Of a stretch of DNA of 64,000 nucleotides, positions 10,699 to 21,177 are shown piece after piece. Every line of letters begins with the position of its first letter. The stretch's first letter is position 1. The position numbers were made by a program, and so were the translations under genes. Below the pieces are notes generated by a model. That model worked only from the letters and a program-made list of their open reading frames with translations, did not search any database and was not told the DNA's origin. Origin of the DNA: Chamaesiphon sp. (GTDB lineage: Bacteria; Cyanobacteriota; Cyanobacteriia; Cyanobacteriales; Chamaesiphonaceae); contig CBDFFH010000005.1 of NCBI GenBank assembly GCA_965246715.1, positions 64,001 to 128,000 of the forward strand, read 5' to 3'.

Positions 10699-11313
10699 CT
10701 AATTGTGAGTGTCACCGTTCGGCATGATTGCCCCCGTGAATACTGTTTCACTGATATCGGTTAAATCCAAATTTGCTCCGCACAAGTTGGCTTCACAGAG
10801 ATTGGCTTCACAGATATCTGCCCCTCGCAAATTTGCATCACATAAATTTGCCTTCCATAGTCTTGCCCCATTCATGCTGGCTGCTGTCAGATTAGATGCT
10901 TGCATGTTAGCTTCTGATAGACAAGTCAGATGCAGTACGGCATTACTTAAGTCAGCCTCGACTAGCGATGCTCCACTCAGATCGGCTTCACTTAGATGTG
11001 CTGCAGTCAGAACTGCGTGACTGAGATCGGCTCCACTCAAAAATGCTCCGAACAAGTTGGCTCCACTTAAGTTGGCTCCACTTAAGTTGGCTTCACTAAG
11101 GTTTACCGATCTCAATGTGGCATGAACCAGATTAGCTCCGCTCAGATCTGCTCTACTAAGATCGATGCCACTCAAACACGCTCCGCTCAGTTCAGCTCGT
11201 GGCAAACTGACATTCTTAAAATCTCTCTCTCCTGCTGCATAGCGTCTTAGCAATTCGGCGGTATCGATCGGTTGTTTGCCCGTTGCGGTTAATGGTTGAT
11301 TGATGAGAGTCAT
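10699..11313 (-). CDS. Pentapeptide repeat protein
   Basis: LLRRYAAGERDF leader, then A(D/N)LxG repeats, ending GAIMPNG. Confidence 0.95.
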   Translation of the reverse strand: MTLINQPLTATGKQPIDTAELLRRYAAGERDFKNVSLPRAELSGACLSGIDLSRADLSGANLVHATLRSVNLSEANLSGANLSGANLFGAFLSGADLSHAVLTAAHLSEADLSGASLVEADLSNAVLHLTCLSEANMQASNLTAASMNGARLWKANLCDANLRGADICEANLCEANLCGANLDLTDISETVFTGAIMPNGDTHN

Positions 11314-12199
11314 GTATCAGCTCCTCACTTAGAGTGTATAGCGATTTTCTTTCGGAGTTGCAATGGTTGCAGAGCTTCGACCTCAGCCTCAGCCAAACAG
11401 TGAAATCCTTGGAAATTACCAGTATTAGGAGAGGCTACTTCCAAATACAAAGATTTCTGATTCAGTCATGCTTAATAGTTTCCTTGGTGTTTTGAAAAAT
11501 AGCAGGAATTACCAGCTCGAACCCGTCCATCCTGCAAGCCAAAACATGTATTGAATCAAATTAAGATGAGGAAGTTGTGAGGATTTTTTGTGTGAGAGTT
11601 AAAAATTATCGAATAACTGCGCCACAATATCGGCACAAACGACCGCTCAGGCGATCTTCGAGCATCTGAAATTATCTTTGCACAACTTTTAAAATTGCCC
11701 TAGTTCTGAGATCGATCGCAGTGTAAAGTGTCAAAGCATGACGATCGGGAAAGATGACATTAGTCGATAACACAGCACTTGGCAAGTTACGACCACAGAA
11801 TCAAAACAGTAGGTGTTTTTAGATCGGCATCAGCACCCCCATAACCGGCTGACAGGAGTGACTTCGATCGAATTATTGGGCGCGAAGTATTTCACAGTGC
11901 GCGTAAGAGACCTTTGATATCGCGGGTTTGACGGTTAGCATTACCCGAAGCTGTTTCTGACTGAGTAGCGATCGATTGTCCCGCAGTAATCCGATCTAAA
12001 GCATAATGTGCCCTGCTCGATCGCGATTGATTCTAATTCTGAGCATCTAAGCCGACGCAAACGTCGTCTCAAGAGAAGGCTGAAACACGTTGAAACTTTT
12101 TATAATAACCCGTAAATAGCATCGTTCGTACACTCTAAATTTGCAGTGCAAATTTTGTAGTACTATCAAAATCCTCAATCGGTACTGAGCCACCGCCAA

Positions 12200-12342
12200 C
12201 CCCTTGACTCACCGCGCTAGGGAAAATTGGCACCCCGACCGATCGAGCGACACGAGAGCTAGTAAAACTTGCTAGTTCGGTCGGGGAGTCCAATTTTAGC
12301 GCGGTGGTAAAGGGGCAAGCCCTTCGGGTTGGCTGAACCCGA
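12200..12342. other. Long bulged stem-loop plus a small hairpin in non-coding DNA
   Basis: Nested pairings CCCCTT/AAGGGG, CACCGCGCTA/TAGCGCGGTG, AAAATTGG/CCAATTTT, CCCCGACCGA/TCGGTCGGGG; then TCGGGTT/AACCCGA. Confidence 0.75.
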
Positions 12343-12368
12343 CCCCTTCCCTCTCTCGCTCCCTCAAG

Positions 12369-13386
12369 CTAGCTGTTTAGTTTTTGCTTAATAATTTCGG
12401 CAATAGTATCTTGACCAACTGGCAGATAGATAATTAGATTTTCTAGCTTCGATTTATTGAGTTGGGCATTATTAGATTTTGATTGTAATTCTCTTTTGAC
12501 TCGTCCTGCTATATATAGCTTTAGAAAATCTAGGTTGCATGAGTTGTTTTCAAACTTAGGCTTAATGATACCTGATACATCAGAAATATAAAACTCTGCT
12601 TCTTGATTAAAAATTTGAATTGTCCCAGCTTTTGCACCTTTTCTACTCCAGATCAATGAAGGCCCTTTTACCTTTACCTTTCTAGGAATATCGTCCCTCA
12701 CAAAATAAGCTGGCCCATCAGTAGCAGCCGTATAAACGGGAATGTTGCCAGGATAAGAATAAGCATCTTTCTTGGAAAATCCAGTACCTTGAACAATATG
12801 AAATTTATCAATAATTTTGACTGGCTCGATATCATCTGAGTAAAAGTCATTTCTAAAAAAGTCGATTATATCTTCTTCATTACTCACCGCTAATTTTAAT
12901 AATCTTGGAATGATTTGATTAATATCTATTCTCTCTTCTTTTAAGCCCAAGTATCTGCTACTATCTGGATTTAAATCGATATCATCAATAATATCAATTT
13001 TTATTAACTCTAATAATTTTTCATTATCTGATATACGAGAATATTTAATAAAAGAAATTTCATCAAACTTACTTATGTCAGCAGGTTTAATAATTAGATC
13101 TTTATTAAAGTTATTTAAAAAATTTTCATAGTTATCTTTTCCTACATATTCCTCTATTTCATCCTCATTTAATGCCTCAAGAAAACTAATAATCAAATCT
13201 TGCAAAGCCGCTGATTTAATATTTTTTTCGATTTCTCTTTTATATCTGACAAGTTGTAAATAATTCCATTTACTCCCTTCTTCGATATTCCATCCTTTAC
13301 CATTCCAGCCCTCTAAAGTTCTTAATTGATCCCAATTTTTATTTAAATTGGCAAAGTTATAGTCCCAAGCCCACTCAAGCTTAGAC
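12369..13386 (-). pseudogene. 5'-truncated restriction-modification specificity (HsdS-like TRD) gene
   Basis: QGTGFSKK..GNIPVYTA, LIWSRKG.KAG, QLNKSKLENLIIYLP..Q..IA; AT-rich; ORF-track start lies inside the ISKra4 IR. Confidence 0.7.
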
Positions 13387-14612
13387 GGGAGCATCCCACT
13401 TTTTATTTAGCGATCGCAAATTAACCCGTTGAGGTAGGCGCAGCGATGCGCTAATACTTGAGGAACATTTTCAGATTTCCACTGCGCTCCAGAAATTTTA
13501 GTCCGGCGATCGATCTGTTTAATTGTAGACTCAATGGAACCAGAACCAATAGAGCAGATTTGTTCGGCTTGAAAATAATAATAATTAATTATCCGATGAC
13601 GATGTTTCTCTAAATAAGCACAAAAGTTTTCAGCTTGCTTGAGATTACAATCACCAAACAACTTAATCGTCTCATCAACTTTTCCGTACCAGAGTAATTC
13701 TCTGGCTGCAAATAATCTTTGGTTGGAACCGCCAATTTTATGGAGATTTTCCATCAAATGAAACCAGTCGAGAATTTCTCTTCTTTCACCAATAGGTACA
13801 AATTCCTTGATGATATTCCATACCCCGTCATGGCCATCACCTAAGCAAGTAACAACTGGAGCTAATTCTTGACTATTTACCCAATTAACGATCGTCTCAT
13901 TTTCTTGAAATGATGATGCAATTTTTTGCTGTTGATGTAGTACTGTTGCTTTGTATCCTTTCCAGCTACACACCTCTCCCTTTGGGGTTCTCACTCGAAT
14001 ATTCCCCCCATCTACACTCAATTCTGCCACGGGTGTCTCAGCTTGAGGCAATTCAAATTCTTGTCTGTGAATTAACCTCTGTTGGGCACTTTTTGATATC
14101 TCCACTCCAGTTAAATATTTGACTTCCTCTGTTGTCCTTTCGTAAGAAATTGATGCACTTATACGCAAGCAACAAGCTTCCAAATACGGACTGATTTGGG
14201 TATGACTTTTGATATTTAGCTTGGCTGCCTGTTTGCTTGTGATTGCTAATTCTCCAATTATGCTTTGGATCTGTCTTTTATATCCTCCAGTTTCGACTGT
14301 GACATTTTCGATAAAAAAATTCCGACGGATGGCATCACATACTCTTGCATTCTCGCTCTCACCGCTTCTTCGATTTTTCCTAAGCTTGTTAGTTCTTCTT
14401 TTGGTGTATTTTTATACAATATTTTGGCAATAGCTTTTGTGTGTCGATCGAGTTCTTTTTGCTCTTCTGGACTCATTACACTACCTTAGTTTACTTGACC
14501 CCATTATCTCAAGATTATGCTCCCTCTGCTGCTATTTTCACCAGATTTCTCGATCGCCATACTAGTACATACGCTTTATCTACATAAAACTAATAAAAAG
14601 TGGGATGCTCCC
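13387..14612 (-). mobile_element. ISKra4-family element
   Basis: Perfect 21-bp IRs GGGAGCATCCCACTTTTTATT; no target duplication. Confidence 0.88.
13407..14476 (-). CDS. ISKra4 transposase, two ORFs joined by frameshift at a T7 run (~14295)
   Basis: SVDGG, CLGDGHDGVWN, EILDWFHL, IGSGSIES, SGAQW. Confidence 0.85.
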
Positions 14613-14978
14613 TAGTAAGACCTCATCTAGGCAATGTATTAATGAGATAGAGTATCGATAGATCGGCTATCTATACACTCTGATTTTGATTATTTTTTTA
14701 ACATACCGATCGATCTTGATTGCCACTCGTTCTCCGTTCATCCGTCCCATTATTTTTCGATTGCCAGCAAGTCGCAAAATGGCGGATGACCCTTCACCAG
14801 TTACAATGTTTAGAGTTCACACCAAAATTAAACACAAATGTTGAGTCTAATATCAACGTCAGAGCCACTCGATCGACGACTCATCGAGTGGCTGAACTTT
14901 TAGTATTTGTGGAAATTCACTTTAACGCGATCGATCTCGCCTTCCAGTCCCGATATTTATTGTGTAATTGGAACGGAC

Positions 14979-17900
14979 TCATGAGATTATCACTAATTCT
15001 TCGCGGGTGACGCTGCCATGACTGCGGACAGTAAAGCCCGTGAAGTAACTGTTACCTTTAATCTCGGTTATGCGATCGACCTTACCTCGATATTGCAGCA
15101 TGTTTCCGACGTAACGCACTCGATCGCCAACTTTTAGTGCATTTTCAGAAATATAAATACCTAACTGTGTTTTGGGTGGTGATACTGTTGATACTAGTGA
15201 TGCCACGGCTGAAACCTTTGCCTCTAAACGATTTGAGTTGGTGATACTGGGATCGTTAGCCTGTGATACCTCAGTGATACTGGTGATACCTACATCTTGA
15301 ATGTCTTTGCAAGTATCACCAGTATCACTCGCCAAAATCGGAAGGTGATCCTGAGTTGATACCACTGAAACTATTGCAGGAGGAGGGTTAGAAGTACTAG
15401 TATCACTGGTGTCACTAGTATCACCCTCATTTTCGTGTTTACCAAAAACATAATAGTAACTTGCTTTACCTTTCAGCTTGCGGATGCGAATCGCTTTGCC
15501 ATCAGGACGGGGTGGTAATAGTAATCCTTTTCGCTGCAACTCTTTTACCAGCTCAGTTTTATTAACACCATTACAAAACTCTTTATCGAATACTGTGGTG
15601 GGAACCCAAAGCTCTTCGGTCTGACCATCTAGATCGATCTTCCGATAAGCCAATAAACCGCCCCGTATCTTGAGATTGTCATTATCTGGAAGTGTGTAGA
15701 TCCGATCGCTGAATTCATTGGTAACTAATAGATGTTCGATGCGAGCGATCGCTTGTTTGATCTCGATCGAGCCATCACCACCTCGCTGGGTCAACCAATC
15801 TGTGAACATTTTCTTAATTGCCCACTCAATTCGATCGACTGGAAAGGGAAGGATACCGTAAGAATGAGCAATTTCTAAAGCTACCTGCACCAACGCGAAC
15901 CTATTAGCGACGCGACTAACAGCAAGGTCTATAGTCCCCTCGGCCAACTTCTTAGCCAGTTGAAACACCCGCGCCGCCGTTACGCCGTCAAAGCTCTTAT
16001 CTCGGCGATCGACCACCAATAGAGCCAGGAACTCATTGATAGCAGTACCGCGATACTTTTGACAAGCTGCTTCTAAGTTTTCGGCAAATTCTTTAGATGA
16101 ATCACAGCCATGAATCGATTCAAACACTCCATAAGGCGAACCAAATGGAACGGCTGGGATATCTGGCATCCCAACCTCTTGCCCGCCCTTTTGAACTTTC
16201 CCTGCCTGTGCCATATATGAGGTTAGGCTATGCTCTCCGGTCGATAGAAATAATAACCGCCAAGTTTTTACTTTCCGCGCTTTTAAATCCTTGGTCGATC
16301 GGCTCTTCCCCTGACCATTTCGCAGCATGTAACATGCTTCACCAACACCTTTCTCGTCAGCCTGTCCGATCTCATCAAGTGGCAGCATCGAATGATTATG
16401 AGCTGTCGCCGTCATCTCTAGTCCGTTGGCCGTAGTCCGCCAGTTTGGGATCTCTTTCTCGCCAGTGACCGAAACCGCTACTTTCACAGCGGTAGTCTTG
16501 CCCGTACTGGTGTCACCCATTAGATGAAAACCACCGGATTCTAGTCCTACAACCGCCAATAATGGAGCCGCGAACGCAATGCCTAGAACGAAAATTAAGC
16601 GGCTGTTATTATCGCATTTACTTCCTACCTTGGCTTTCCAGTCCTCTAGACTGCCTTTAATTTCGGTTGCTGTCTCGGTATTTGGTTCTGCTTGCTGGAA
16701 AACATAATCGCCATCTCCATAGGTCTTGTGCTGGCTGATGTAGCGACCATTAACCCAACCAGTGGAATCGACGAGCGTGTAAGTTTGCTCGATGTCAGCC
16801 CCAAGACCGTGCAGGTACTCTAGTAAATCAGCTTTATTTTTGCGGTTGTAGTAATAGCCGCATCCCATCAGATAGGACAGAATTGCAACTCCATCGCCAG
16901 CCAAATCAGAACGGGAAATAGAAAGCTTTCTGACCTGATTCCGAACAGTTTTAAATTCAAGTAATATTGCCGCGCCTGTCCCTTCTGAATTATCAAGATA
17001 TGCGATTGCCTCTAAATGGTTGCCGATTTTCTCTCTCGATTCACTTTGTTTACCATCGCTTTCGTTGGATGTAATTTTTTCTAGCCCACTCTCGATCGAG
17101 GTGGCAAACCCATAAAGATTACTATCTTTAGGCTTCGGGCTTTGAATTTTAACCTCCTTGCGCTTGGTATAGAGGCGATCGAGTGCTTTGAACCCTTTGG
17201 CGGCGATGTAGTCATCGATTCCTTTGTGACTTTTCCAAGTCAGTTGAGTTACTGTGATGCCATCTCCATCAATATGTCTTAGCAAGCTACTTTTAGCACT
17301 CTCAACCATCCGCACGGTATCGGGATTGGAATCGCGATCGAATGCTAATACTATTTCTCGACCGTCTAAAAATGGCTCTAAGTCTGGGTGAATGGTTTTG
17401 ATGCTTTTCCCGCGATCGTCTTTCTCGACATTCCCAAACATATCTCGATCGTTGGTTCCCCATCCCCACACCCCATTAAGAGCGATCGCGGGATATCCAT
17501 TTGAAACCAAGCTACAGGCTTTTTTTGCCCCTTCCGTGATGATGATGAATCCGTCATGCTCTAGATACCAGTCCCAGAAGTCTGGATCTTCCTTATCTGG
17601 CGATAGTGATTCGATCCGTTGGCGGTATTCTTTCTCTACTGCTTCTCCCAGTTTGGCGGCGATCTCAATTCCTGCTCGCACTGATACGCGAGGGATCAAA
17701 AGCTGTAGTTTCCCTTGCCCTCTGGGAGATTCATACTTGATATCTTTCTCTTCGCCGTTCTCATCCTTAACCTTGCGGGGTGAGTTAGGTTTGACGCATA
17801 TCCCCTTGTGACCATCAAAAATCCACCCGCTCGATCGAAGTGCATTGGCTAGGTTATTTGGGGATTTACCCTTTAAAGTCCCGTTGTTATTGTGGTCTGG

Positions 17901-18092
17901 CTCTTCAATCAGTAGGGTGAAGGCTTCATCTAGATCGTTCTCGTTTTCACCATCGAACGATCGGAAGTTGAGGGCGACGATATCATCTGCGATCGCACTA
18001 TCTCTGACTTCTGCCAGATGTTGCTCATCGAGGATAGTAGCCGGAAAATTATTCATAATGACGCTCTGTTGGTAATAAGCACGACAGAGCAC
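14979..18092 (-). CDS. DUF3854 (TOPRIM-like) / DUF927 primase-helicase
   Basis: IIITEGAKKA, LAFDRD, KGIDD (TOPRIM); ESGGFHLMGDTSTGKTT Walker A, LPLDEIGQ, NGQGKSR, LSTGE; real start may be 18056. Confidence 0.88.
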   Translation of the reverse strand: MLCRAYYQQSVIMNNFPATILDEQHLAEVRDSAIADDIVALNFRSFDGENENDLDEAFTLLIEEPDHNNNGTLKGKSPNNLANALRSSGWIFDGHKGICVKPNSPRKVKDENGEEKDIKYESPRGQGKLQLLIPRVSVRAGIEIAAKLGEAVEKEYRQRIESLSPDKEDPDFWDWYLEHDGFIIITEGAKKACSLVSNGYPAIALNGVWGWGTNDRDMFGNVEKDDRGKSIKTIHPDLEPFLDGREIVLAFDRDSNPDTVRMVESAKSSLLRHIDGDGITVTQLTWKSHKGIDDYIAAKGFKALDRLYTKRKEVKIQSPKPKDSNLYGFATSIESGLEKITSNESDGKQSESREKIGNHLEAIAYLDNSEGTGAAILLEFKTVRNQVRKLSISRSDLAGDGVAILSYLMGCGYYYNRKNKADLLEYLHGLGADIEQTYTLVDSTGWVNGRYISQHKTYGDGDYVFQQAEPNTETATEIKGSLEDWKAKVGSKCDNNSRLIFVLGIAFAAPLLAVVGLESGGFHLMGDTSTGKTTAVKVAVSVTGEKEIPNWRTTANGLEMTATAHNHSMLPLDEIGQADEKGVGEACYMLRNGQGKSRSTKDLKARKVKTWRLLFLSTGEHSLTSYMAQAGKVQKGGQEVGMPDIPAVPFGSPYGVFESIHGCDSSKEFAENLEAACQKYRGTAINEFLALLVVDRRDKSFDGVTAARVFQLAKKLAEGTIDLAVSRVANRFALVQVALEIAHSYGILPFPVDRIEWAIKKMFTDWLTQRGGDGSIEIKQAIARIEHLLVTNEFSDRIYTLPDNDNLKIRGGLLAYRKIDLDGQTEELWVPTTVFDKEFCNGVNKTELVKELQRKGLLLPPRPDGKAIRIRKLKGKASYYYVFGKHENEGDTSDTSDTSTSNPPPAIVSVVSTQDHLPILASDTGDTCKDIQDVGITSITEVSQANDPSITNSNRLEAKVSAVASLVSTVSPPKTQLGIYISENALKVGDRVRYVGNMLQYRGKVDRITEIKGNSYFTGFTVRSHGSVTREELVIIS
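15179..15424. repeat. Cluster of GTGATAC/GTATCAC heptamers (iteron-like)
   Basis: Nine exact copies counted (15179, 15241, 15263, 15274, 15283, 15313, 15322, 15400, 15418) plus about four single-mismatch copies. Confidence 0.8.
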
Positions 18093-18312
18093 CCAATAGA
18101 AATGGTAAGATTGACCTAATAAGTTTTATGCCGACCTAGCCCCAAAACTATTGGATGCTGGGTAGAAGACCCCCAGATTTTGTGGAATCTCTGGGGGCCT
18201 TCCTTTGAAAAGAAATTACATCCCCTTGGCCTGGGGATATAAATTTACATAGACTGAGATTGGTTTTATGTTTCGATCGCCATCTGTCATTTGTTGAAGA
18301 GGGCGATTTTTC

Positions 18313-18594
18313 TTAGGCGGCTTGGGAACTGGGGAGACTTTTGTAAAAAGACTCGATCGCTCTTTGGTGAGCAAGTGAATCGCCGTTGAGCAACCAATCC
18401 CGAACCAGTGCGGCATTCCACAGCACTCGAACACTACCTGGTGGGTGAAACCAATAAAGCTTTTCTGGCAACACCTCAGTTCTAAGAAACTTCAAACGGT
18501 CTGGTGATAAGCCGCAAGTAGCGACCATTTCCCTCGTCCGCACGAAGGGAAAAGCAGTTAATTTAGGGTCTGGTTGTTTTTTGCTTGAGGTCAA
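18313..18594 (-). CDS. Small excisionase/AlpA-like DNA-binding protein
   Basis: FVRTREMVATCGLSPDRLKFLR HTH-like segment, VLWN..LVRDW; lies between integrase and primase. Confidence 0.6.
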   Translation of the reverse strand: MTSSKKQPDPKLTAFPFVRTREMVATCGLSPDRLKFLRTEVLPEKLYWFHPPGSVRVLWNAALVRDWLLNGDSLAHQRAIESFYKSLPSSQAA

Positions 18595-18697
18595 AAAAAA
18601 TCTCCTTTTTCTCTACGGGTAAATAGGCTGGAAAGGTAGGGTAATGGCTGAAATAGGGGGATTGTGATAATCAATTTACTATCTCCCCCAACTTGTC

Positions 18698-19789
18698 TCA
18701 AGTGCGATTTTGGGAGATAAACACAAGATACTTTTGTACTATAAGAATGGCGGGATACTCTTTTATGCTGCGGTGCAGCTTTTTTCTATCCTGTCTTTTG
18801 TCAGTGCGTTTGTAACGGTTCAGGAGCGTAATCTCATAGTCTTCATATTCATACTTGACTTGAAACCACTCTTGGAGAGCTTTTTGCACAATAGGACAAT
18901 TACTTTGTGCCAGGAAAGTTGGTAGCCGTATACCACTGGCGAAACTTGATAGTTTTGGGTCGATACCATTCTCTAAAGCAAGCATCAACAATTTATTGTT
19001 AGCTTTTAACGCATCTTCTGGTGTAAAATTTCCTTCCTCATCTTGCCCTTTTGTAGCGTATCCATAAACTTGCCTTTTTAGCTCGTGTAGCTTGCTGAAT
19101 GAAATCGAAATACCTTCATTAGCATTAGCTTGGGAAATAATTGCTTGTCTGAAAAGCCATTCCGATTGAGCTACCAGCATATCTAAGAATAAATTCTGGT
19201 AGTTGTAGGACATTTCTGGGCAATTATCTTGCATTGCCTGCGAGCCAAGTTTAACTACCTTATACAAGGTAATTTGTTCTTTCGCCATAAGTAATATTTT
19301 GTTCCTGAGATCCTTACTCCAATTGTGTTGAAGATATTTTACATCTATGTTTCCTTCATTTTGATAGCGACAAAATAAGTTATATATTTCTAGCCATCGC
19401 ATTTTGTGTTTTAGCCATACAAGCAGCTCGGCTACTGTTGGATCGGAACCCAAATAATCTACTCGTGGCAAGTCAAATATTCGAGGGTTACTCAGTACCG
19501 CAGAATCGAAATAAAGATCTTTCATTTCATCTGAATTCATGCGAATCGTATAGTTTCGACTTTCAGGTGTACCTTTGATGACTCTGGCATAGCCATTTAT
19601 AACTATTAGGTTCATTAGATTGCGTCGATATTGGGCTGTTAATACTTTTTGCCCTACTCCTGGTATATAATTTCTTGCCAAATACTCAGACGTAATATCT
19701 TCCTTAGTATGTTTGAACTTTTCTGCAAAGGCATTAATGTGAGAATCTTTCCATTGAAATGGAGGATTGATAAATGAATCTTGCTGCAT
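18698..19789 (-). CDS. Hypothetical protein immediately downstream of the integrase
   Basis: 363-aa AT-rich ORF starting 3 bp after the integrase stop; no motif recognised. Confidence 0.7.
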   Translation of the reverse strand: MQQDSFINPPFQWKDSHINAFAEKFKHTKEDITSEYLARNYIPGVGQKVLTAQYRRNLMNLIVINGYARVIKGTPESRNYTIRMNSDEMKDLYFDSAVLSNPRIFDLPRVDYLGSDPTVAELLVWLKHKMRWLEIYNLFCRYQNEGNIDVKYLQHNWSKDLRNKILLMAKEQITLYKVVKLGSQAMQDNCPEMSYNYQNLFLDMLVAQSEWLFRQAIISQANANEGISISFSKLHELKRQVYGYATKGQDEEGNFTPEDALKANNKLLMLALENGIDPKLSSFASGIRLPTFLAQSNCPIVQKALQEWFQVKYEYEDYEITLLNRYKRTDKRQDRKKLHRSIKEYPAILIVQKYLVFISQNRT

Positions 19790-19792
19790 AAT

Positions 19793-20902
19793 TTAAACCT
19801 CAATGAATAGATATTTTTTATCGATCGCGTGGGCATAAGTATCCAATAAAACCCGATTGTCGTGTCCAGTTTGTTCGGCTAATGCAATCGGATTTGCACC
19901 CTTAGCTAAAGCATGAGAGATGGCAGAATGCCTGATCGCATAGGGTTTGCGATACTCGATATTGCAGATTTCCAGAATTTTTGTCCAGCATCTCGCTCGA
20001 AAACGATTGTCATCGATTGCACCGCCTTTAGGAGCCGGGAACACTAGGTCGTCAGGTTTAGGTTTTGCTTTTGCTTGTTGGTACTTAGATAATAGAACCG
20101 CTTGTAATGTTGGGGAAAGCTGAATTGTTCTCGCTTTGCCAGTTTTTGTAGTGCCACTACGCCCCCTGCTGATACTCTCCCCGATCCAGACAGTAGTATA
20201 GTCCGCGCTTAAATGCTTCCATCTTAAGCCAGCAGCCTCCCCAAAGCGGCATCCGGTATTAGTTAGGAAGGAGATAAAATCGGAGTAGTGGCGATATTGG
20301 GGATGATTGGCGATCGCGGCTCGAATTGCCTGTAACTCCTCGATGGTGAAGGGTTTAACCTGCTGTCTGGGTAAAATTTGGAACCTCGCAGCACTACCCA
20401 TCCAAGGATTTTCAGATACCAGGTGGTACTTATCTTTAGCCCAGTCCCAACAGGATTGAATTAACCAGCATCGTTCCTTCGCAGTGCGACCAGAGATAGT
20501 TTCCTGACAGATCGCCACAAAATTATCGACCTGACGCTTCCCAATCGTGTGAGCAGGTTTGTTCAGGTACTTTTCCAGCATTCTGACGATCGGTTTATAG
20601 CGAGACTCGATCGACGATCTGGACACGCCTTTATATTTGGCTTGGTGTTCGCCAAACAGCCGAAAGAGTTCGGGTGCTAATATCTCGGTCGCAGTCTTAC
20701 CGATAGTTCGAGGGCGATATTTGAGTAGAGTGCGATCGTATTGACCGATTACCCAATCATGCTCGATTTCAGCCTTCTTCTTTTGTGCTAGCGATCGACC
20801 AACAGGCGTATCGTTCACACCAATAGCTAGCGTTTGGCGTTTATCGCCATCATCCCACCGCAGCCGTAAGCGACCGTTATGGTTTTCGATTTGAATCTTC
20901 AT
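19793..20902 (-). CDS. Tyrosine integrase with N-terminal arm-binding domain
   Basis: GRLRLRW arm domain; TGCRFGE, KT, YAIRH, GH and Y catalytic residues; ATG at 20902. Confidence 0.93.
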   Translation of the reverse strand: MKIQIENHNGRLRLRWDDGDKRQTLAIGVNDTPVGRSLAQKKKAEIEHDWVIGQYDRTLLKYRPRTIGKTATEILAPELFRLFGEHQAKYKGVSRSSIESRYKPIVRMLEKYLNKPAHTIGKRQVDNFVAICQETISGRTAKERCWLIQSCWDWAKDKYHLVSENPWMGSAARFQILPRQQVKPFTIEELQAIRAAIANHPQYRHYSDFISFLTNTGCRFGEAAGLRWKHLSADYTTVWIGESISRGRSGTTKTGKARTIQLSPTLQAVLLSKYQQAKAKPKPDDLVFPAPKGGAIDDNRFRARCWTKILEICNIEYRKPYAIRHSAISHALAKGANPIALAEQTGHDNRVLLDTYAHAIDKKYLFIEV

Positions 20903-20909
20903 TAAATTA

Positions 20910-20931
20910 AGCGGGGTAATGAGCGGGGTAA
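20910..20931. repeat. Tandem AGCGGGGTAA x2 at 12-bp period, putative integrase arm sites
   Basis: Direct repeat just upstream of the integrase start. Confidence 0.55.
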
Positions 20932-21050
20932 AATTGACCCCCATTAACACCCCTTAGCCCACTTAGCAAAAAGCTTATTGACAATACAAAAGTTCCTGAA
21001 AAGTCATATTACTTCCCAGAAACCCTTATATATCAACCTTTCCAACCCTA

Positions 21051-21097
21051 TGGACGTACGCCGACTCGAACGGCGGACCTCATCGATGTCAACGATG
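21051..21097 (-). tRNA. 3' half of tRNA-Val(GAC), att-site duplication and not a complete gene
   Basis: Minus strand CATCG-TTGACAT-CGATG-AGGTC-CGCCG-TTCGAGT-CGGCG-TACGTCC-A: anticodon arm, T arm and 3' acceptor strand; no D arm or 5' acceptor strand upstream. Confidence 0.88.
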
Positions 21098-21155
21098 AAT
21101 CAACAATCAGTGAATAATATACGGAGCAAGACTTCCAGAGCTTGATGAAAAGCGC

Positions 21156-21177
21156 GGGGGGTCTATTGGGGGGTCTA
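21156..21177. repeat. Tandem GGGGGGTCTA x2 at 12-bp period, putative arm sites
   Basis: Direct repeat about 60 bp right of the tRNA fragment. Confidence 0.55.

Noticed and set aside
11340..11470. Small ORF upstream of the pentapeptide gene
   Set aside because: Stops after 14 codons; extending it needs an unsupported frameshift
12051..12066. Degenerate left att copy (gccgacgcaaacgtcg versus gccgactcgaacggcg)
   Set aside because: Only 13/16 match and the flanks do not extend, so the left boundary of the left element stays undefined
12200..12342. Retron msr-msd
   Set aside because: No reverse transcriptase nearby; kept only as an unexplained structure
21051..21125. Complete tRNA-Val gene
   Set aside because: D arm and 5' acceptor strand are absent; only the 3' 47 nt are present
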